Shown piece by piece: positions 12,660 to 23,617 of a stretch of DNA of 64,000 bases. Positions within the stretch are counted from its first letter, which is position 1; every line of letters begins with the position of its first letter. The position numbers and the translations under genes are program-made. The notes beneath the pieces are model-generated. The model did no database searches. It worked only from the letters and a program-made list of their open reading frames with translations, and was not told where the DNA came from. Origin of the DNA: an uncultured Alphaproteobacteria bacterium (GTDB lineage Bacteria > Pseudomonadota > Alphaproteobacteria > Paracaedibacterales > JAKBAR01); the NCBI GenBank assembly GCA_937896365.1, contig CALBMH010000001.1:10805-74804 (forward strand), in the 5' to 3' direction.

Positions 12660-14165
12660 TGAGGATGTCTTTTAAAATCTGTTCACATTTTTCAGAAAGC
12701 TGGCCCGTGTGCTCAATGACATCAAGGACATCTTTATAGCGGCGATGGAGTATATCCAGGAGCTCTTTGATAAAGGGAAGAATATGTCTTATCTCTAAAT
12801 GATCTAAGTACCCTCTGACACCAGCATAAAGCGAAACAACCTGTTGGGATAAAGTAAGAGGCGAGTGTTGTGGTTGTTTAAGAAGTTCTGTGAGACGTGA
12901 TCCACGTTCTAAGAGCCTTTGTGTTGCTGTGTCTAAATCACTAGAAAATTGTGAGAAAGCAGCCATCTCACGGTATTGAGCCAGTTCCAACTTGATTTTT
13001 CCTGCAATTGTCTTCATCGCTTTTGTTTGAGCTGCTGAGCCCACACGGCTAACCGAAAGTCCAACGTTAATAGCAGGACGAATACCTTGATAGAAAAGAT
13101 CTGTCTCGAGGAAAATTTGTCCATCCGTAATGGAAATAACGTTTGTCGGGATGTAAGCTGACACATCACCGGCTTGCGTCTCAATAATCGGCAGCGCTGT
13201 GAGGGAGCCACCACCGCATTCCTCACTGAGTTTTGCTGCACGCTCAAGTAATCGAGAGTGGAGATAAAAAACATCTCCGGGATAAGCCTCACGCCCCGGC
13301 GGGCGACGTAAGAGCAAAGCCATTTGGCGATACGCCACGGCATGCTTAGACAGGTCATCATAAATAATCAACGCATGCATCCCATTGTCACGAAAATACT
13401 CTCCCATGGCACAAGCAGCATAGGGTGCAAGATATTGCATTGGCGCAGGATCAGAAGCCGTAGCAGCTACAACAATCGTATACGCCATTGCACCTGCCTC
13501 CTCCAAGGTACGAACAATACTAGCAACAGAGGACTGTTTTTGACCAATAGCAACATAGATACAGAAAAGCTTTTTAGACAAATCACTTCCATCGTTCATC
13601 TTTTTCTGATTGATAATCGTATCAATGGCCAGTGTCGTCTTACCTGTTTGACGATCGCCAATTATAAGCTCACGTTGACCACGTCCAATGGGAACCAAAG
13701 TATCAATAGCTTTAATTCCTGTTTGCATCGGCTCAAAAACTGATTGACGTTTGATAATTCCAGGCGCTTTCACATCAACTTCATTACGCGTACGCACGAT
13801 AATGGCCCCTTTGCCATCAATAGGCTCACCCGTAGCATTCACAATACGGCCGAGGAGTTCTTTTCCCACAGGAACATCTACGATACGACGTAACCGTCTG
13901 ACCTCATCTCCTTCTTTGATCTGACTATCTTCACCAAAAATCACCACACCCACATTGTCAGATTCCAAGTTCAACGCCATCCCTTTGATACCTGCTCCAA
14001 ACTCAACCAATTCGCCAGCCTTTACATTGGATAAACCGTGAACACGAGCAATGCCATCCCCAAGAGTGAGAACATGCCCCACTTCATACGTATCAAGGCG
14101 CGACTCAAAACGCCCAAGCTCCTCTTTAAGGATAGATGAAATTTCAGCAGGTCGAATAGCCATGA

Positions 14166-14729
14166 TTAACTTTCATTGATAGAATGTTGAGCAAGTTGAA
14201 TAAGACGCAGTTGTTTTCGAAAGGAGGCATCGAAGACTTTTTCAGGTGTTTCAATGTAATATCCAGCGATAAGTTGAGGATTGATAGTAACGCTCAATTG
14301 AGGTGTACGGAAATGCTCCACAAGGAGAAGTTCGATACTCTCCAATTCACTTGATTCTAGAGGCTTTGCAGAAACGACCTTCACAGGAGTAATACCATTT
14401 TCTTTCATGTAGAGCTCTTCTAAAATGCCAAAGATTTGCTGCAATCGATTGAGACGCCCATGCCTCATAACAACACAAATGAAACGCGTAAATTTATCAG
14501 AGAACTGAAGAGCCCCCAACACACGCTTCAGCACTCTCATTTGGATAGTCCGTGTGACAAGGGGCGTCAGAAGAGTGATAGAAAAGTCGCGCCTCTCTTT
14601 GAGAAAAAGCATAAAGTTTTTGGCTTCTTGCAGAATACTCTTGACGTCTTGAGGTGATGAGAGCGTATCATGCAAAGCTTTGGCATAGCGCCCTTCCAAA
14701 GATGTCAATGCGTTGTAAAATACCGACAC
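14166..14729 (-). CDS. atpH: F1 ATP synthase delta subunit (OSCP)
   Basis: It is the first gene of the atpHAGD run and encodes 187 aa. The N-terminus is RYAKAL.. and the C-terminal stretch [16 protein letters not shown] is typical of OSCP/delta. Confidence 0.85.
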   Translation of the reverse strand: MSVFYNALTSLEGRYAKALHDTLSSPQDVKSILQEAKNFMLFLKERRDFSITLLTPLVTRTIQMRVLKRVLGALQFSDKFTRFICVVMRHGRLNRLQQIFGILEELYMKENGITPVKVVSAKPLESSELESIELLLVEHFRTPQLSVTINPQLIAGYYIETPEKVFDASFRKQLRLIQLAQHSINES

Positions 14730-14985
14730 AGTAACAATTTCCTACCTCCTCGCTTCTGTAAATACTAGGCTTTTTACCTACCTAACTCAAGGGTCGTCAT
14801 TAAAACTTTAGGATTTTGTTAGCACACATCGAGGATAAGTAAATCTATCGCAAAAAGCGACTGCAGTGGGAAAAAGAAGCAATAATATCCAAATCTTGGG
14901 ATTAAAAGTAAAATTTCGATGCCCTCGTGGGGAAAATTGCCATAGTGTAGAGACTATATTCACCCGCTAACCTCTTTCAAAACAA

Positions 14986-15915
14986 TTGTCTTTTTCGAAC
15001 GCTTCCTTTACTCATGCCCTTCGCATATCGTGTCACTGGTGGATCAAAAATCGCCCCTTCCATCCCATCTTCATACCCCAGCAATATGAAAACTGGATTG
15101 CATTCTGCAGGTCAGTGCAATCGAAAGACGACATTAATCATCTTGTCCACCGTTATTTGGAACCATTGACACTGAATGAAAAAGCTTTTTTCACAGGCTA
15201 CTACGAACCCACACTCCAAGGATCGTTGAGACACAGCGAAGATTACCCAATACCATTGTATACGACACCCAATAATAAAAAACAGACACGCAAAGCAATT
15301 CGTGACGGATGTCTTCGTGGCCAGGGGCTAGAACTTGTCTATGTCCGTGATGACATCGACGCGTTTTTTTTAGAGATTCAAGGATCTGGTCGTGTGGAGC
15401 TCGATGACGGTAAAATTCTACGTGTGGGATATGCAGACCAAAACGGCTACCCTTTCACACCCATAGGACGTATTTTGAAAGAACGAGGGGAAATCGACCC
15501 CAATGAGATATCACTCAGAACAATTAAACAATGGCTTAGAGAAAACCCTGACAGGGCTCATTCTGTTATGAACATGAACGAATCCTACGTATTTTTCAAG
15601 GCAATTCTCCAAGGAGATACTTTTTCAGGACCCATTGGCACACAAAAACAGCCTCTCACACCCCTCCATAGTTTAGCCTGCGATCCCTCTTATTGGCCCT
15701 TTGGTATGCTCTTTCATTACAGGCTAAGACATCCGCGAACAAACGAAGAACTCTCCCATATGGCTCTGACTCAGGATACAGGGGGAGCTATCAAAGGTCC
15801 GTTTCGTTTTGATCTTTTCTGCGGTTATGGGCGTGCGGCGGAAGATTTAGCAGGCCACCTCAAAGACTGGGGAAAAATGACCGTCTTTTTACCCAAAAAA
15901 TCAGCGATCTTATAA
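14986..15915 (+). CDS. mltA: membrane-bound lytic murein transglycosylase A homolog (start uncertain, no signal peptide seen)
   Basis: MltA-typical stretches are TGYYEPTLQGS, EIQGSGRVELDDGKILRVGYADQNGYPFTPIGR and DTGGAIKG. The ORF opens with TTG right after an in-frame TAA (14968-14970). The N-terminus is not hydrophobic. Confidence 0.8.
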   Translation: MSFSNASFTHALRISCHWWIKNRPFHPIFIPQQYENWIAFCRSVQSKDDINHLVHRYLEPLTLNEKAFFTGYYEPTLQGSLRHSEDYPIPLYTTPNNKKQTRKAIRDGCLRGQGLELVYVRDDIDAFFLEIQGSGRVELDDGKILRVGYADQNGYPFTPIGRILKERGEIDPNEISLRTIKQWLRENPDRAHSVMNMNESYVFFKAILQGDTFSGPIGTQKQPLTPLHSLACDPSYWPFGMLFHYRLRHPRTNEELSHMALTQDTGGAIKGPFRFDLFCGYGRAAEDLAGHLKDWGKMTVFLPKKSAIL

Positions 15916-15944
15916 ACTAAGAGATGACAATACTTAGAAGCTTT

Positions 15945-16598
15945 CTAATCCCCTACACGCGTATGCGAAAGACGCCAAGTCGGATCATCCGAACCAAGAG
16001 TCCGTGTAAAAGTCCAGTCATTCACCATTTTTGTCGTTATTTTTTCAGGATTATCAAGGATCTCCCCCGCTTCATCATAGGTAACAAAGCGTTGATAGCT
16101 TGTGAAGGTCAATGTGATATGCGCTTGTTTATGAGCAACTGTAACAGCTTTTAATATGGCATCAATTCTTCCTACAATCTCATTTGCTATGCGATGACCT
16201 TGCATTTCACGACGATCAATAACGTCGCAAAATTGTTTGAAAGTCGTTTCAGTCAGTAAAATGTTAAGTGTGCTTTTATCCCCCTCAACAAAAGCTTGCG
16301 TAATGTACGCGAAGGCATGGCGAGCATTATCAAGAAAATCTTCTATTTGAAAATCTTTTTCTTTTTCCTGAATTTGGCGAATCTGTTCCCAAAAAGTCTC
16401 AAATACATCCCTGGGAGACTCCTCAATCCTTGCCACATCGGCGCTTGGCAAGGCAACCACATTGTCTTTCACGGTTATCATACTCTTTTCCTCGTTCGGA
16501 TTTTCTTGCTTTTCAAAACCGGTACGCGTTCCAAGAACAGACCATAAACGAAAAAAGAGATAACCTGAGAGTATCGCAAAAAAAAGAATCTCAAACAT
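15945..16598 (-). CDS. Tim44-like domain membrane protein
   Basis: It has an N-terminal TM (FEILFFAILSGYLFFRLWSVLG) followed by a roughly 150-aa C-domain. Its position between mltA and secB matches the conserved alphaproteobacterial Tim44-homolog neighbourhood. Confidence 0.7.
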   Translation of the reverse strand: MFEILFFAILSGYLFFRLWSVLGTRTGFEKQENPNEEKSMITVKDNVVALPSADVARIEESPRDVFETFWEQIRQIQEKEKDFQIEDFLDNARHAFAYITQAFVEGDKSTLNILLTETTFKQFCDVIDRREMQGHRIANEIVGRIDAILKAVTVAHKQAHITLTFTSYQRFVTYDEAGEILDNPEKITTKMVNDWTFTRTLGSDDPTWRLSHTRVGD

Positions 16599-16697
16599 AG
16601 ACGCATAAAAGATAAAATGAAAACCAGTAACGTTATACTCTAGACGACAACGAATGCAAATTGCTACAGTTTAAAAAATGAATCCTTGGAGGAAGAA

Positions 16698-17171
16698 ATG
16701 TCAGATAGTTCTATCACACTTCCACTTATTATAAGAGCCCAATACATCAAAGATCTCTCTTTTGAAAATCCTGATCCTCTCGCAGCTTTTTCTCAAAATA
16801 TAGATACTCAACCTAACATTTCGGTGAATATCGGAGCCCATGCCGATAATCTAGGAAATAACAATTTTGAGGTTATCCTCAATATACGCGTTGAAGCGAA
16901 ACGAAAAGAGCAAGTCCTCTTCATTGCTGAGCTCAGTTATGGTTCTGTTGTTGGTATCGATGGGATAGAAGAGAGCGCAGCCGCCCCTTTTGTCATGATC
17001 GAAGCTCCTCATCTTATATTCCCTTATGCACGTAATATTATATCGGATATGACACGCGAAGGTGGATTTCCACCGCTCCTTTTAGCGCCTGTGGACTTTG
17101 CTGCTCTTTACAAACAGCAACAAGAACAAGCTGCGACTTCTGGTAACAACAGCGGTAGCCCACAAAGCTAG
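16698..17171 (+). CDS. secB: protein-export chaperone SecB
   Basis: The stretch YIKDLSFENP..FEVILNIRVEA..LFIAELSYGSVV..IFPYARNIISDMTREGGFPPLLLAPVDFAALY is SecB-typical. GGAGG lies 6 nt upstream of ATG 16698, and the ORF track starts at TTG 16686. Confidence 0.9.
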   Translation: MSDSSITLPLIIRAQYIKDLSFENPDPLAAFSQNIDTQPNISVNIGAHADNLGNNNFEVILNIRVEAKRKEQVLFIAELSYGSVVGIDGIEESAAAPFVMIEAPHLIFPYARNIISDMTREGGFPPLLLAPVDFAALYKQQQEQAATSGNNSGSPQS

Positions 17172-17259
17172 GGATTTTACAGATGCACATCAAGGGCGGG
17201 CAAAGCGCGCCAACCCTTATCTTTTTCTCTATACTCTCCACCGCAAGCATGCGTTATAG

Positions 17260-18591
17260 TCATGCTAAAGTACCCACAAGCATGCTTTCTTCCACATCGC
17301 ACACAGTGACGTTGATGACATTGCCAAGGTAAATAGCCGAGGAGCTATGGCTAGCAATGATAGGGGCAAATGTGTCTGTTTTTCCCTTTACGTGAGACCT
17401 GTCTTGGCCTTGTTCGATTTCCTCCACAAGCATTCCATGTATTCTCCCCACCTGCGCATCAAGGTAGCGCTGGAGTGTTTTTTGCCCTTCGTCACGAAGA
17501 AGGACTGCACGTTCTTTAATGACTTTACTCTCTACTTGGGGCATACGAGCAGCCGGGGTTCCAGGCCGTTTAGAATAGGGAAAGACATGAAGATAGGTAA
17601 GATCGCACTCGTCGATAAGTGAAAGGGTATTCTGGAACATAGCGCAACTTTCGGTGGGAAAACCCGCGATAATGTCTGCTCCGAATACCACGTTAGGTCG
17701 AAGCATCCGCGCTCTTAGACAAAAATCCACAATATCTTTGCGTAAGTGACGACGTTTCATACGCTTAAGGATGAGATCATCCCCTGCTTGCAGACTAATA
17801 TGCAGATGGGGCATCAACCGCTCATCGTGCGCAAGAACATCCCACAAGTCCTCGTCGACTTCCACAGGATCAACGGAGGAAAGACGCAAGCGCTTAAGCT
17901 CTGGCACAAGCGCAAACAAGCGTTTAATCGTCTGCCCCAGCGTTGGTTGCGCGGGTAAGTCCTTGCCATAATCTGTGATATCCACACCGGTGAGCACAAT
18001 TTCTTGATAGCCAGACACCAAGAGAGTTCTTACTTGAGTAACAATTTCACTTAAAGGCACACTGCGTGAATTGCCACGCCCAAACGGAATCGTGCAAAAC
18101 GTACAGCGGTGATTACACCCATTTTGCACTTGTACAAACGCACGTGCCTTTCCCTCAAAACCACTGATAAGATGAGCAGCAGTCTCTTTTACTGACATAA
18201 TATCATTCACAAGAACACGCTCATGGGTTTGGATGTAGCTCTCCGGCTTCATCTTTTCATCATTACCAAGAACGCGCTCAACTTCACTCATAGCAGCATA
18301 TTGGGTGGGATTGATTTGCGCTGAGCACCCCGTAACAATGATCTTAGCCTTAGGATTATCTCTTTTGAGTTTGCGAATGGATTGACGTGCCTGGCGTTCG
18401 GCTTCCTTTGTAACAGCACAAGTATTGACAAGAATTGCATTATTTAATCCTGCTTCCTTGGCAAGATGACGCATGACTTCAGATTCATATGTGTTGAGCC
18501 GACAGCCAAAGGTCACAACCTTGATACCGTCAATACGACCGTCTTGTTCTTCCTGTTCTCGTATGGTGTTCATCGCTTGTAGAGTATTCAT
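17260..18591 (-). CDS. mtaB: radical-SAM methylthiotransferase, MtaB/MiaB family
   Basis: The N-terminal UPF0004 Cys pattern is FGCRLN..NTCAVT..TGC. The radical SAM motif is CNHRCTFCTIP. A C-terminal TRAM-like region is present. Confidence 0.85.
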   Translation of the reverse strand: MNTLQAMNTIREQEEQDGRIDGIKVVTFGCRLNTYESEVMRHLAKEAGLNNAILVNTCAVTKEAERQARQSIRKLKRDNPKAKIIVTGCSAQINPTQYAAMSEVERVLGNDEKMKPESYIQTHERVLVNDIMSVKETAAHLISGFEGKARAFVQVQNGCNHRCTFCTIPFGRGNSRSVPLSEIVTQVRTLLVSGYQEIVLTGVDITDYGKDLPAQPTLGQTIKRLFALVPELKRLRLSSVDPVEVDEDLWDVLAHDERLMPHLHISLQAGDDLILKRMKRRHLRKDIVDFCLRARMLRPNVVFGADIIAGFPTESCAMFQNTLSLIDECDLTYLHVFPYSKRPGTPAARMPQVESKVIKERAVLLRDEGQKTLQRYLDAQVGRIHGMLVEEIEQGQDRSHVKGKTDTFAPIIASHSSSAIYLGNVINVTVCDVEESMLVGTLA

Positions 18592-18603
18592 CGCACATCA
18601 GTT

Positions 18604-19398
18604 TCAATAAAAACGACCCTCGAAAACAATCTTTGCCTCCCCTGTCATAAGCCAATTGTTTTTCTCTTTATTAAATAAGAGTATCCCCCCCTCCTGTTCA
18701 ACAACTATTTCACATGCTTTTGGATGGAGAAGATGATAAGCAAAGGATGCCGCATAAGCGGCTGTCCCACACGCTAGCGTTTGCCCAACACCGCGCTCCC
18801 AGACGCGTATCTTGAGCACACCCTTCCCAGACACTGTCACAAAGCTCACATTAGCCCCTCGTTCAAAAAAGGGGTGGAGCTCTAGTTGAGAGGCCACCAT
18901 GGTGAAATCAAGGTGCTCCAAAGTGCTCATAAAAATAACGAGATGGGGATTTCCTACATTCACGGCGAACGTATTCATAAAGATTTCTTTGTCAAGAAGC
19001 CAACGAATATCGGCCTCTAGCTCTGGTGTTCTCTCCAAAAGCTTTGGGAGCGGCATTGTCACTTGAACTTTTCCAAAGGGATAGGTGCTTTCCACAATGG
19101 TTATGGAAAGGGGGCCCGTTGCACAATGGAGAACGAGCATGTTTTTTTGAAGAATATGACCAAGGTATAGCGCGATACAGCGCGTTCCATTACCGCACGC
19201 TTCGGCCTCACTGCCATCAGCATTGAAAAACCGAATGTGATGATCATCTGTGTAAACAATCAACTGGTCAAAACCGACCCCACGGCGCCGGTTTGCAAGC
19301 CTACGGATAAAAGATATATCATCCTTAAAAGAGCTATGATGAAGAATGATAAAATCATTCCCCAAGGCCTCTGCTTTTATAAATGGGAAGGAATGCAT
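18604..19398 (-). CDS. dapF: diaminopimelate epimerase
   Basis: The two catalytic Cys contexts EACGNGTRC and LACGTAA are present, as is NADGSEAE. The product is 264 aa. Confidence 0.9.
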   Translation of the reverse strand: MHSFPFIKAEALGNDFIILHHSSFKDDISFIRRLANRRRGVGFDQLIVYTDDHHIRFFNADGSEAEACGNGTRCIALYLGHILQKNMLVLHCATGPLSITIVESTYPFGKVQVTMPLPKLLERTPELEADIRWLLDKEIFMNTFAVNVGNPHLVIFMSTLEHLDFTMVASQLELHPFFERGANVSFVTVSGKGVLKIRVWERGVGQTLACGTAAYAASFAYHLLHPKACEIVVEQEGGILLFNKEKNNWLMTGEAKIVFEGRFY

Positions 19399-19578
19399 CG
19401 CTTAGAATCTCCCACTGTTTCCGTTGAGTTTATAGCCGATAGCCATCGAACATTATCGTTTTACTCATTTTTAATTATTCAATGTCACCATTGCTTCCAT
19501 AGCAGTGATACGGTATATAATAGGGAAATTCACGTAAAAAAGCTTAAGCGTGAAAACTTTTAGGGAAGTGTTCTCATA

Positions 19579-20622
19579 GTGGCACAAAAGATGAGTATGG
19601 CCATTAATGGTTTTGGGCGCATCGGGCGCATGGTCTTGCGTGCCTTTCTTGAACAGGAAAGCCAGGAAAGTAACGATTTACCGTTTGCCATTACCGCCAT
19701 CAATGATCTCACACCTATTGATGTGAGTGCTCATTTATTCGCCTATGACTCTGTCCATGGAAAGCTCCGTGCCCATGTAGAGATCCAAGACAATATGCTC
19801 ATCATCCAAGGAAGACAGCGGACTCATAGGATCCATGTTGTTAACGAAGCTGATCCCATAAAACTTCCCTGGAAGGCCCATAACATTGATGTGGTTCTGG
19901 AATGCTCAGGCCACTTTACGGATGGTGCCTCCGCAAAGGCTCATTTAGAAGCAGGAGCAAAGAAGGTATTTATCTCAGCTCCTGCAACCAACGTCGATGT
20001 GACGATTGTTTTTGGTGTGAATCACACGTCACTCAACCCCTCGGATAGGATTTTTTCTAATGCTTCATGCACTACAAACTGCTTAGCACCTGTTGCAAAG
20101 GTCCTCCACGAAACCTTTGGAATCGCCCATGGATATATGACAACCATCCACTCCTACACAGCAGATCAGAAGCTGGTTGATAGTGCTCACAAAGATCTGT
20201 ATCGTGCACGTGCCGCTGCCCTGTCTCTCATCCCCACAACAACAGGGGCTGCCAAAGCCGTTGGCCTTGTTCTTCCCGATTTAAAAGGTAAGCTCGATGG
20301 CACAGCGATTCGTGTTCCTACACCGAACGTATCCCTCATCGATTTTAAGTTCACAACAGAAAAGCCTGTGACTGTGGCGGGTATCAACGCTGTTATGCGA
20401 GAGGCTGCAGCCGTTGGTGAGCCTTTGCATGGTATCCTCGGCATAAATGACCTTCCTCTTGTATCAGTTGACTTTAATGGGAATTCCCATAGCGCCATTT
20501 TTGACACCACGCAAACACAAGTCCTTGGAGAGAACTTTGCCCGTGTGCTATCATGGTATGATAACGAGTGGGGTTTTTCCAACCGAATGGTTGATCTCCT
20601 TAACCACCTGACAAAATTATAG
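19579..20622 (+). CDS. gap: glyceraldehyde-3-phosphate dehydrogenase
   Basis: The motifs INGFGRIGR, the active site SNASCTTNCLAP, and WYDNEWGFS are present. The start may be ATG 19591 rather than GTG 19579. Confidence 0.95.
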   Translation: MAQKMSMAINGFGRIGRMVLRAFLEQESQESNDLPFAITAINDLTPIDVSAHLFAYDSVHGKLRAHVEIQDNMLIIQGRQRTHRIHVVNEADPIKLPWKAHNIDVVLECSGHFTDGASAKAHLEAGAKKVFISAPATNVDVTIVFGVNHTSLNPSDRIFSNASCTTNCLAPVAKVLHETFGIAHGYMTTIHSYTADQKLVDSAHKDLYRARAAALSLIPTTTGAAKAVGLVLPDLKGKLDGTAIRVPTPNVSLIDFKFTTEKPVTVAGINAVMREAAAVGEPLHGILGINDLPLVSVDFNGNSHSAIFDTTQTQVLGENFARVLSWYDNEWGFSNRMVDLLNHLTKL

Positions 20623-20648
20623 TTATATTCGCTTAGAGGAGCCAGCTA

Positions 20649-21389
20649 ATGAGTCGTTTTTCAGGAGTATTTCTCAACATTGGTTTGGGCGTGGCGCTGG
20701 CTGGAGGGCTTGTCTATTCAAGCATGGTTGTTACAAGGTCACTGGAACGTATTCGTGGTACTGTAGAAGTCAAGGGATATGCTGAACGAAAAATGAAAGC
20801 GGACTACGCAACATGGAACATCGTTGTCGCGGCGCGCAATTCTGACCTCGCTCAGGCCTATATCTCTCTTGAAAAGCATAAAGATGAAGTGATTGCCTTT
20901 CTAAAAGAAGCTCAGATCAAAGACGCTGAAATCGATGTGAAAAATATTAGCAAAGAAACTCTTTACAAAAGAGATGTTCAGGGGAATCGTTTAACAGATG
21001 TCGGTTCCTTTGAGCTCCTCCAAGAAGTAAGTATAACGGCGAGTGATATTGAAAAAATAAAGGAACTGGCCCTCAAGATAGGAAGTCTTGGTGTCAAGGG
21101 TATTGAGGTTGAGCCACGTTCTCCACAATATCTTATTCAACGCGAAAAGCTTGAAAAAGTGAAAGTAGAGCTTCTCGCTGAAGCCACAAGAAGTGCAAAA
21201 GAGCGTGCTGACCAATTTGCTCTTAACAGCGGAACAAGCATTGGTCGTCTTGTCAGTGCCCGCCAAGGTGTTTTCCAAGTCACTGCAGAGAACTCGACAG
21301 ATGTTGACGACTATGGTACCTATGATACGCGATCCACTGACAAAATCGTTAAGATCGTTGTCACTCTCTCCTATACAACAGGAGAATAA
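20649..21389 (+). CDS. SIMPL/DUF541-like periplasmic protein
   Basis: An N-terminal TM/signal is followed by VEVKGYAERKMKADYATWNIVV..(label-like)..ELLAEATRSAKERADQFA, a pattern typical of SIMPL-domain proteins. This is a by-eye assignment only. Confidence 0.55.
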   Translation: MSRFSGVFLNIGLGVALAGGLVYSSMVVTRSLERIRGTVEVKGYAERKMKADYATWNIVVAARNSDLAQAYISLEKHKDEVIAFLKEAQIKDAEIDVKNISKETLYKRDVQGNRLTDVGSFELLQEVSITASDIEKIKELALKIGSLGVKGIEVEPRSPQYLIQREKLEKVKVELLAEATRSAKERADQFALNSGTSIGRLVSARQGVFQVTAENSTDVDDYGTYDTRSTDKIVKIVVTLSYTTGE

Positions 21390-21411
21390 CAGAGGGGAAC
21401 CCCATTCCCCA

Positions 21412-22296
21412 TCAAAAGGATACATTGTTGAGGGATAAGCGTGCTGCTTTCACAACATTTTGCATTAAGCATGCTACTGTCAGGGGACCTACGCCTCCGG
21501 GGACAGGCGTGATGGCAGAACAGTAAGGCGCGACCTCATCAAAAGCCACATCTCCCACAAGTTTTCCTTGCCCTTCAACAAAAACACGGGTAATCCCCAC
21601 ATCAAGAACAATCGCTCCAGGTTTTACATGAGCCTTTGTCATAAGGCCAGGCTTCCCCGCTGCAACAACAAGAATATCCGCATCACGTGTCACAGAAGCA
21701 AGGTCTTCGGTATAGCGGTGCGCAATGGTAACCGTAGCGTGATGACGCAAAAGCAATGCTGCCATAGGGCGACCCACAAGAATTGACCGCCCCACAACCG
21801 TTGCGCGCTTACCCTTGAGGGGTGTAAGGCACCTTAGGATCTCAAGACACCCCTTGGGCGTACAAGGAATAAAGCGCGCTTTACGGGAAAAGAGTAACCC
21901 TAGATTCTCATGATGCAAACCATCGACATCTTTTAAAGGATGAATGGCCTGAAGTGCTTCATACCACTTAAGAGAAGATGGAAGAGGCATTTGAAGCAAA
22001 ATACCATGAACACTTTTATCCTCATTCAGTGTATGGATCTGCAATAGAAGTTTTTCCTGGGAAGTATGCGCCTGAAAACGAATCAAACGTGACTCTATCC
22101 CAACCCTCTCACATGTCCTTTGTTTATGACGCACATAGACCTCGCTGGCAGGATTATCGCCCACAAGAATAACTGCCAAGCAAGGTTTTAAGGGAAGTGT
22201 TTCAATGTCGACTTTCGTCTGATCGAGAAGATGATGAGCAAGACTCTTACCATCAATCACATTGCCATGAATAAAGAAAGTATTGCCCCCTCTCAC
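21412..22296 (-). CDS. folD: bifunctional methylenetetrahydrofolate dehydrogenase/cyclohydrolase
   Basis: FolD-typical stretches are IDGKSLA, LAVILVGDNPASEVYVRHK, GILLQMPLP, VVGRSILVGRPMA and ITPVPGGVGPLTVA. Confidence 0.93.
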   Translation of the reverse strand: MRGGNTFFIHGNVIDGKSLAHHLLDQTKVDIETLPLKPCLAVILVGDNPASEVYVRHKQRTCERVGIESRLIRFQAHTSQEKLLLQIHTLNEDKSVHGILLQMPLPSSLKWYEALQAIHPLKDVDGLHHENLGLLFSRKARFIPCTPKGCLEILRCLTPLKGKRATVVGRSILVGRPMAALLLRHHATVTIAHRYTEDLASVTRDADILVVAAGKPGLMTKAHVKPGAIVLDVGITRVFVEGQGKLVGDVAFDEVAPYCSAITPVPGGVGPLTVACLMQNVVKAARLSLNNVSF

Positions 22297-22302
22297 ATTT
22301 GG

Positions 22303-22605
22303 TTACGCTGGAAATTTCGTTAACAACCGCATCAAGATATCCTGCGCAAAATAAAGCAGCAAGATCAGTACCATAGGAGACAGATCAATGCCGCTGAGCG
22401 CTGGCATCAAGACACGAATGCGTGCCAAAAATGGCTCACATAAGCGAAAAAGAACCGTATGAATAAAATACACGACCTGATGATAGCGATTAATCACACC
22501 GAACTGCTCCAAAAGACTGACAATCACATAGATAAAAACAGCCATTGTGTACAGATTTAACACTGTAATAAGCAGGCGTAAGGCAGGAACAAAAAGAATA
22601 TCCAT
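22303..22605 (-). CDS. YggT-family small membrane protein
   Basis: The product is 100 aa with multiple hydrophobic spans. The motif GIDLSPMVLILLL is typical of YggT. Confidence 0.65.
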   Translation of the reverse strand: MDILFVPALRLLITVLNLYTMAVFIYVIVSLLEQFGVINRYHQVVYFIHTVLFRLCEPFLARIRVLMPALSGIDLSPMVLILLLYFAQDILMRLLTKFPA

Positions 22606-22702
22606 GGAAACACTTCGAAATCAATTCTTAAGATCTGAAGAAAGAGTATGAAAACCTTAAGAACAGTGCAAGCGATTTTAAGAAAAAGCAGACACGATAA
22701 AC

Positions 22703-23617
22703 CTAAAATTCACTGGGTAGCTGAGCTTCGAAAGCATAGTCTTTCCCATGAAGAGTGAATTCTATTTTCCAAGCATGCAACATAAGGCGCTTCGCAGAAG
22801 GGCCGCCGTACTTTCTGTCCCCCAGAATAGGGTGCCCCAGATCACTCATATGAACGCGCAGTTGATGGGTGCGACCTGTTTTAGGAGAGAGTACAACCCA
22901 CACAAGCCCCTTTTTCTCCTCTATAACATCAAAGTATGTGAGCGCTTCCCGAACCTTTTTTCCTGAGGTACTCATTTTTTCTAAAGCGCTCTCAGATCTG
23001 CCAAGAGGACTATCGATGAGACCGTGCTTGTTTTCAAAAATACCCTTGCACACAGCCATATACGTTTTTCTCACCCGCCGATCACGAAAAGCATTTGTCA
23101 AAGCCGTTGCTGTTTGTAAATTTTTGGCAATCAGTAAAAGACCGCTTGTTTCTTTATCAATACGATGTGTCAAGCGAAGACGCTGACTTGGGGAACAAGC
23201 TTTTAAGAGATTATCCACAGATATTTTTTGCCCTGTCCCACCCTGAGTCGCAAGGCCAGAGGGCTTGTTCAGAACAAGAATGGCATCGTCTTCAAAAACA
23301 CCCATGGAATGCACCAGTACTTCTGCTTCCTGTTGTGTTAATGAAAGCGGCGTTATTTCTTCAGGAGGAGGCAAAGGAATAGCGTCGTCAGGAAAAGAAA
23401 GCGTATCACCTTCCCTCAAACGTGCAGAGGCCTTTGCCTTTGCGCCATTGAGAACAAGCTTGCCTTGACGGCTCCATTTTTCGAAAAGATTTTGGGGGAA
23501 ATAAAAACCAACACGGCGAAGATGCCGATCAACCCGAACACCTTCGCCATCGTTAGAAACAATCAAAGAAGGCATGAAAGACTCACCGATGCTATGACGC
23601 CCTGATACCCATATCAA
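22703..23617 (-). CDS. RluA-family 23S rRNA pseudouridine synthase (RluC/RluD-like)
   Basis: It has an S4-like N-terminus, the catalytic motif HRIDKETSGLLLIAK, and KTGRTHQLRVH. Confidence 0.85.
   Translation of the reverse strand: MIWVSGRHSIGESFMPSLIVSNDGEGVRVDRHLRRVGFYFPQNLFEKWSRQGKLVLNGAKAKASARLREGDTLSFPDDAIPLPPPEEITPLSLTQQEAEVLVHSMGVFEDDAILVLNKPSGLATQGGTGQKISVDNLLKACSPSQRLRLTHRIDKETSGLLLIAKNLQTATALTNAFRDRRVRKTYMAVCKGIFENKHGLIDSPLGRSESALEKMSTSGKKVREALTYFDVIEEKKGLVWVVLSPKTGRTHQLRVHMSDLGHPILGDRKYGGPSAKRLMLHAWKIEFTLHGKDYAFEAQLPSEF

Noticed and set aside
13324-13743. 139-aa plus-strand ORF, and the 115-aa alternate-frame ORF at 13014-13361, within atpA
   Set aside because: They overlap the unambiguous atpA reading frame. 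They are shadow ORFs.
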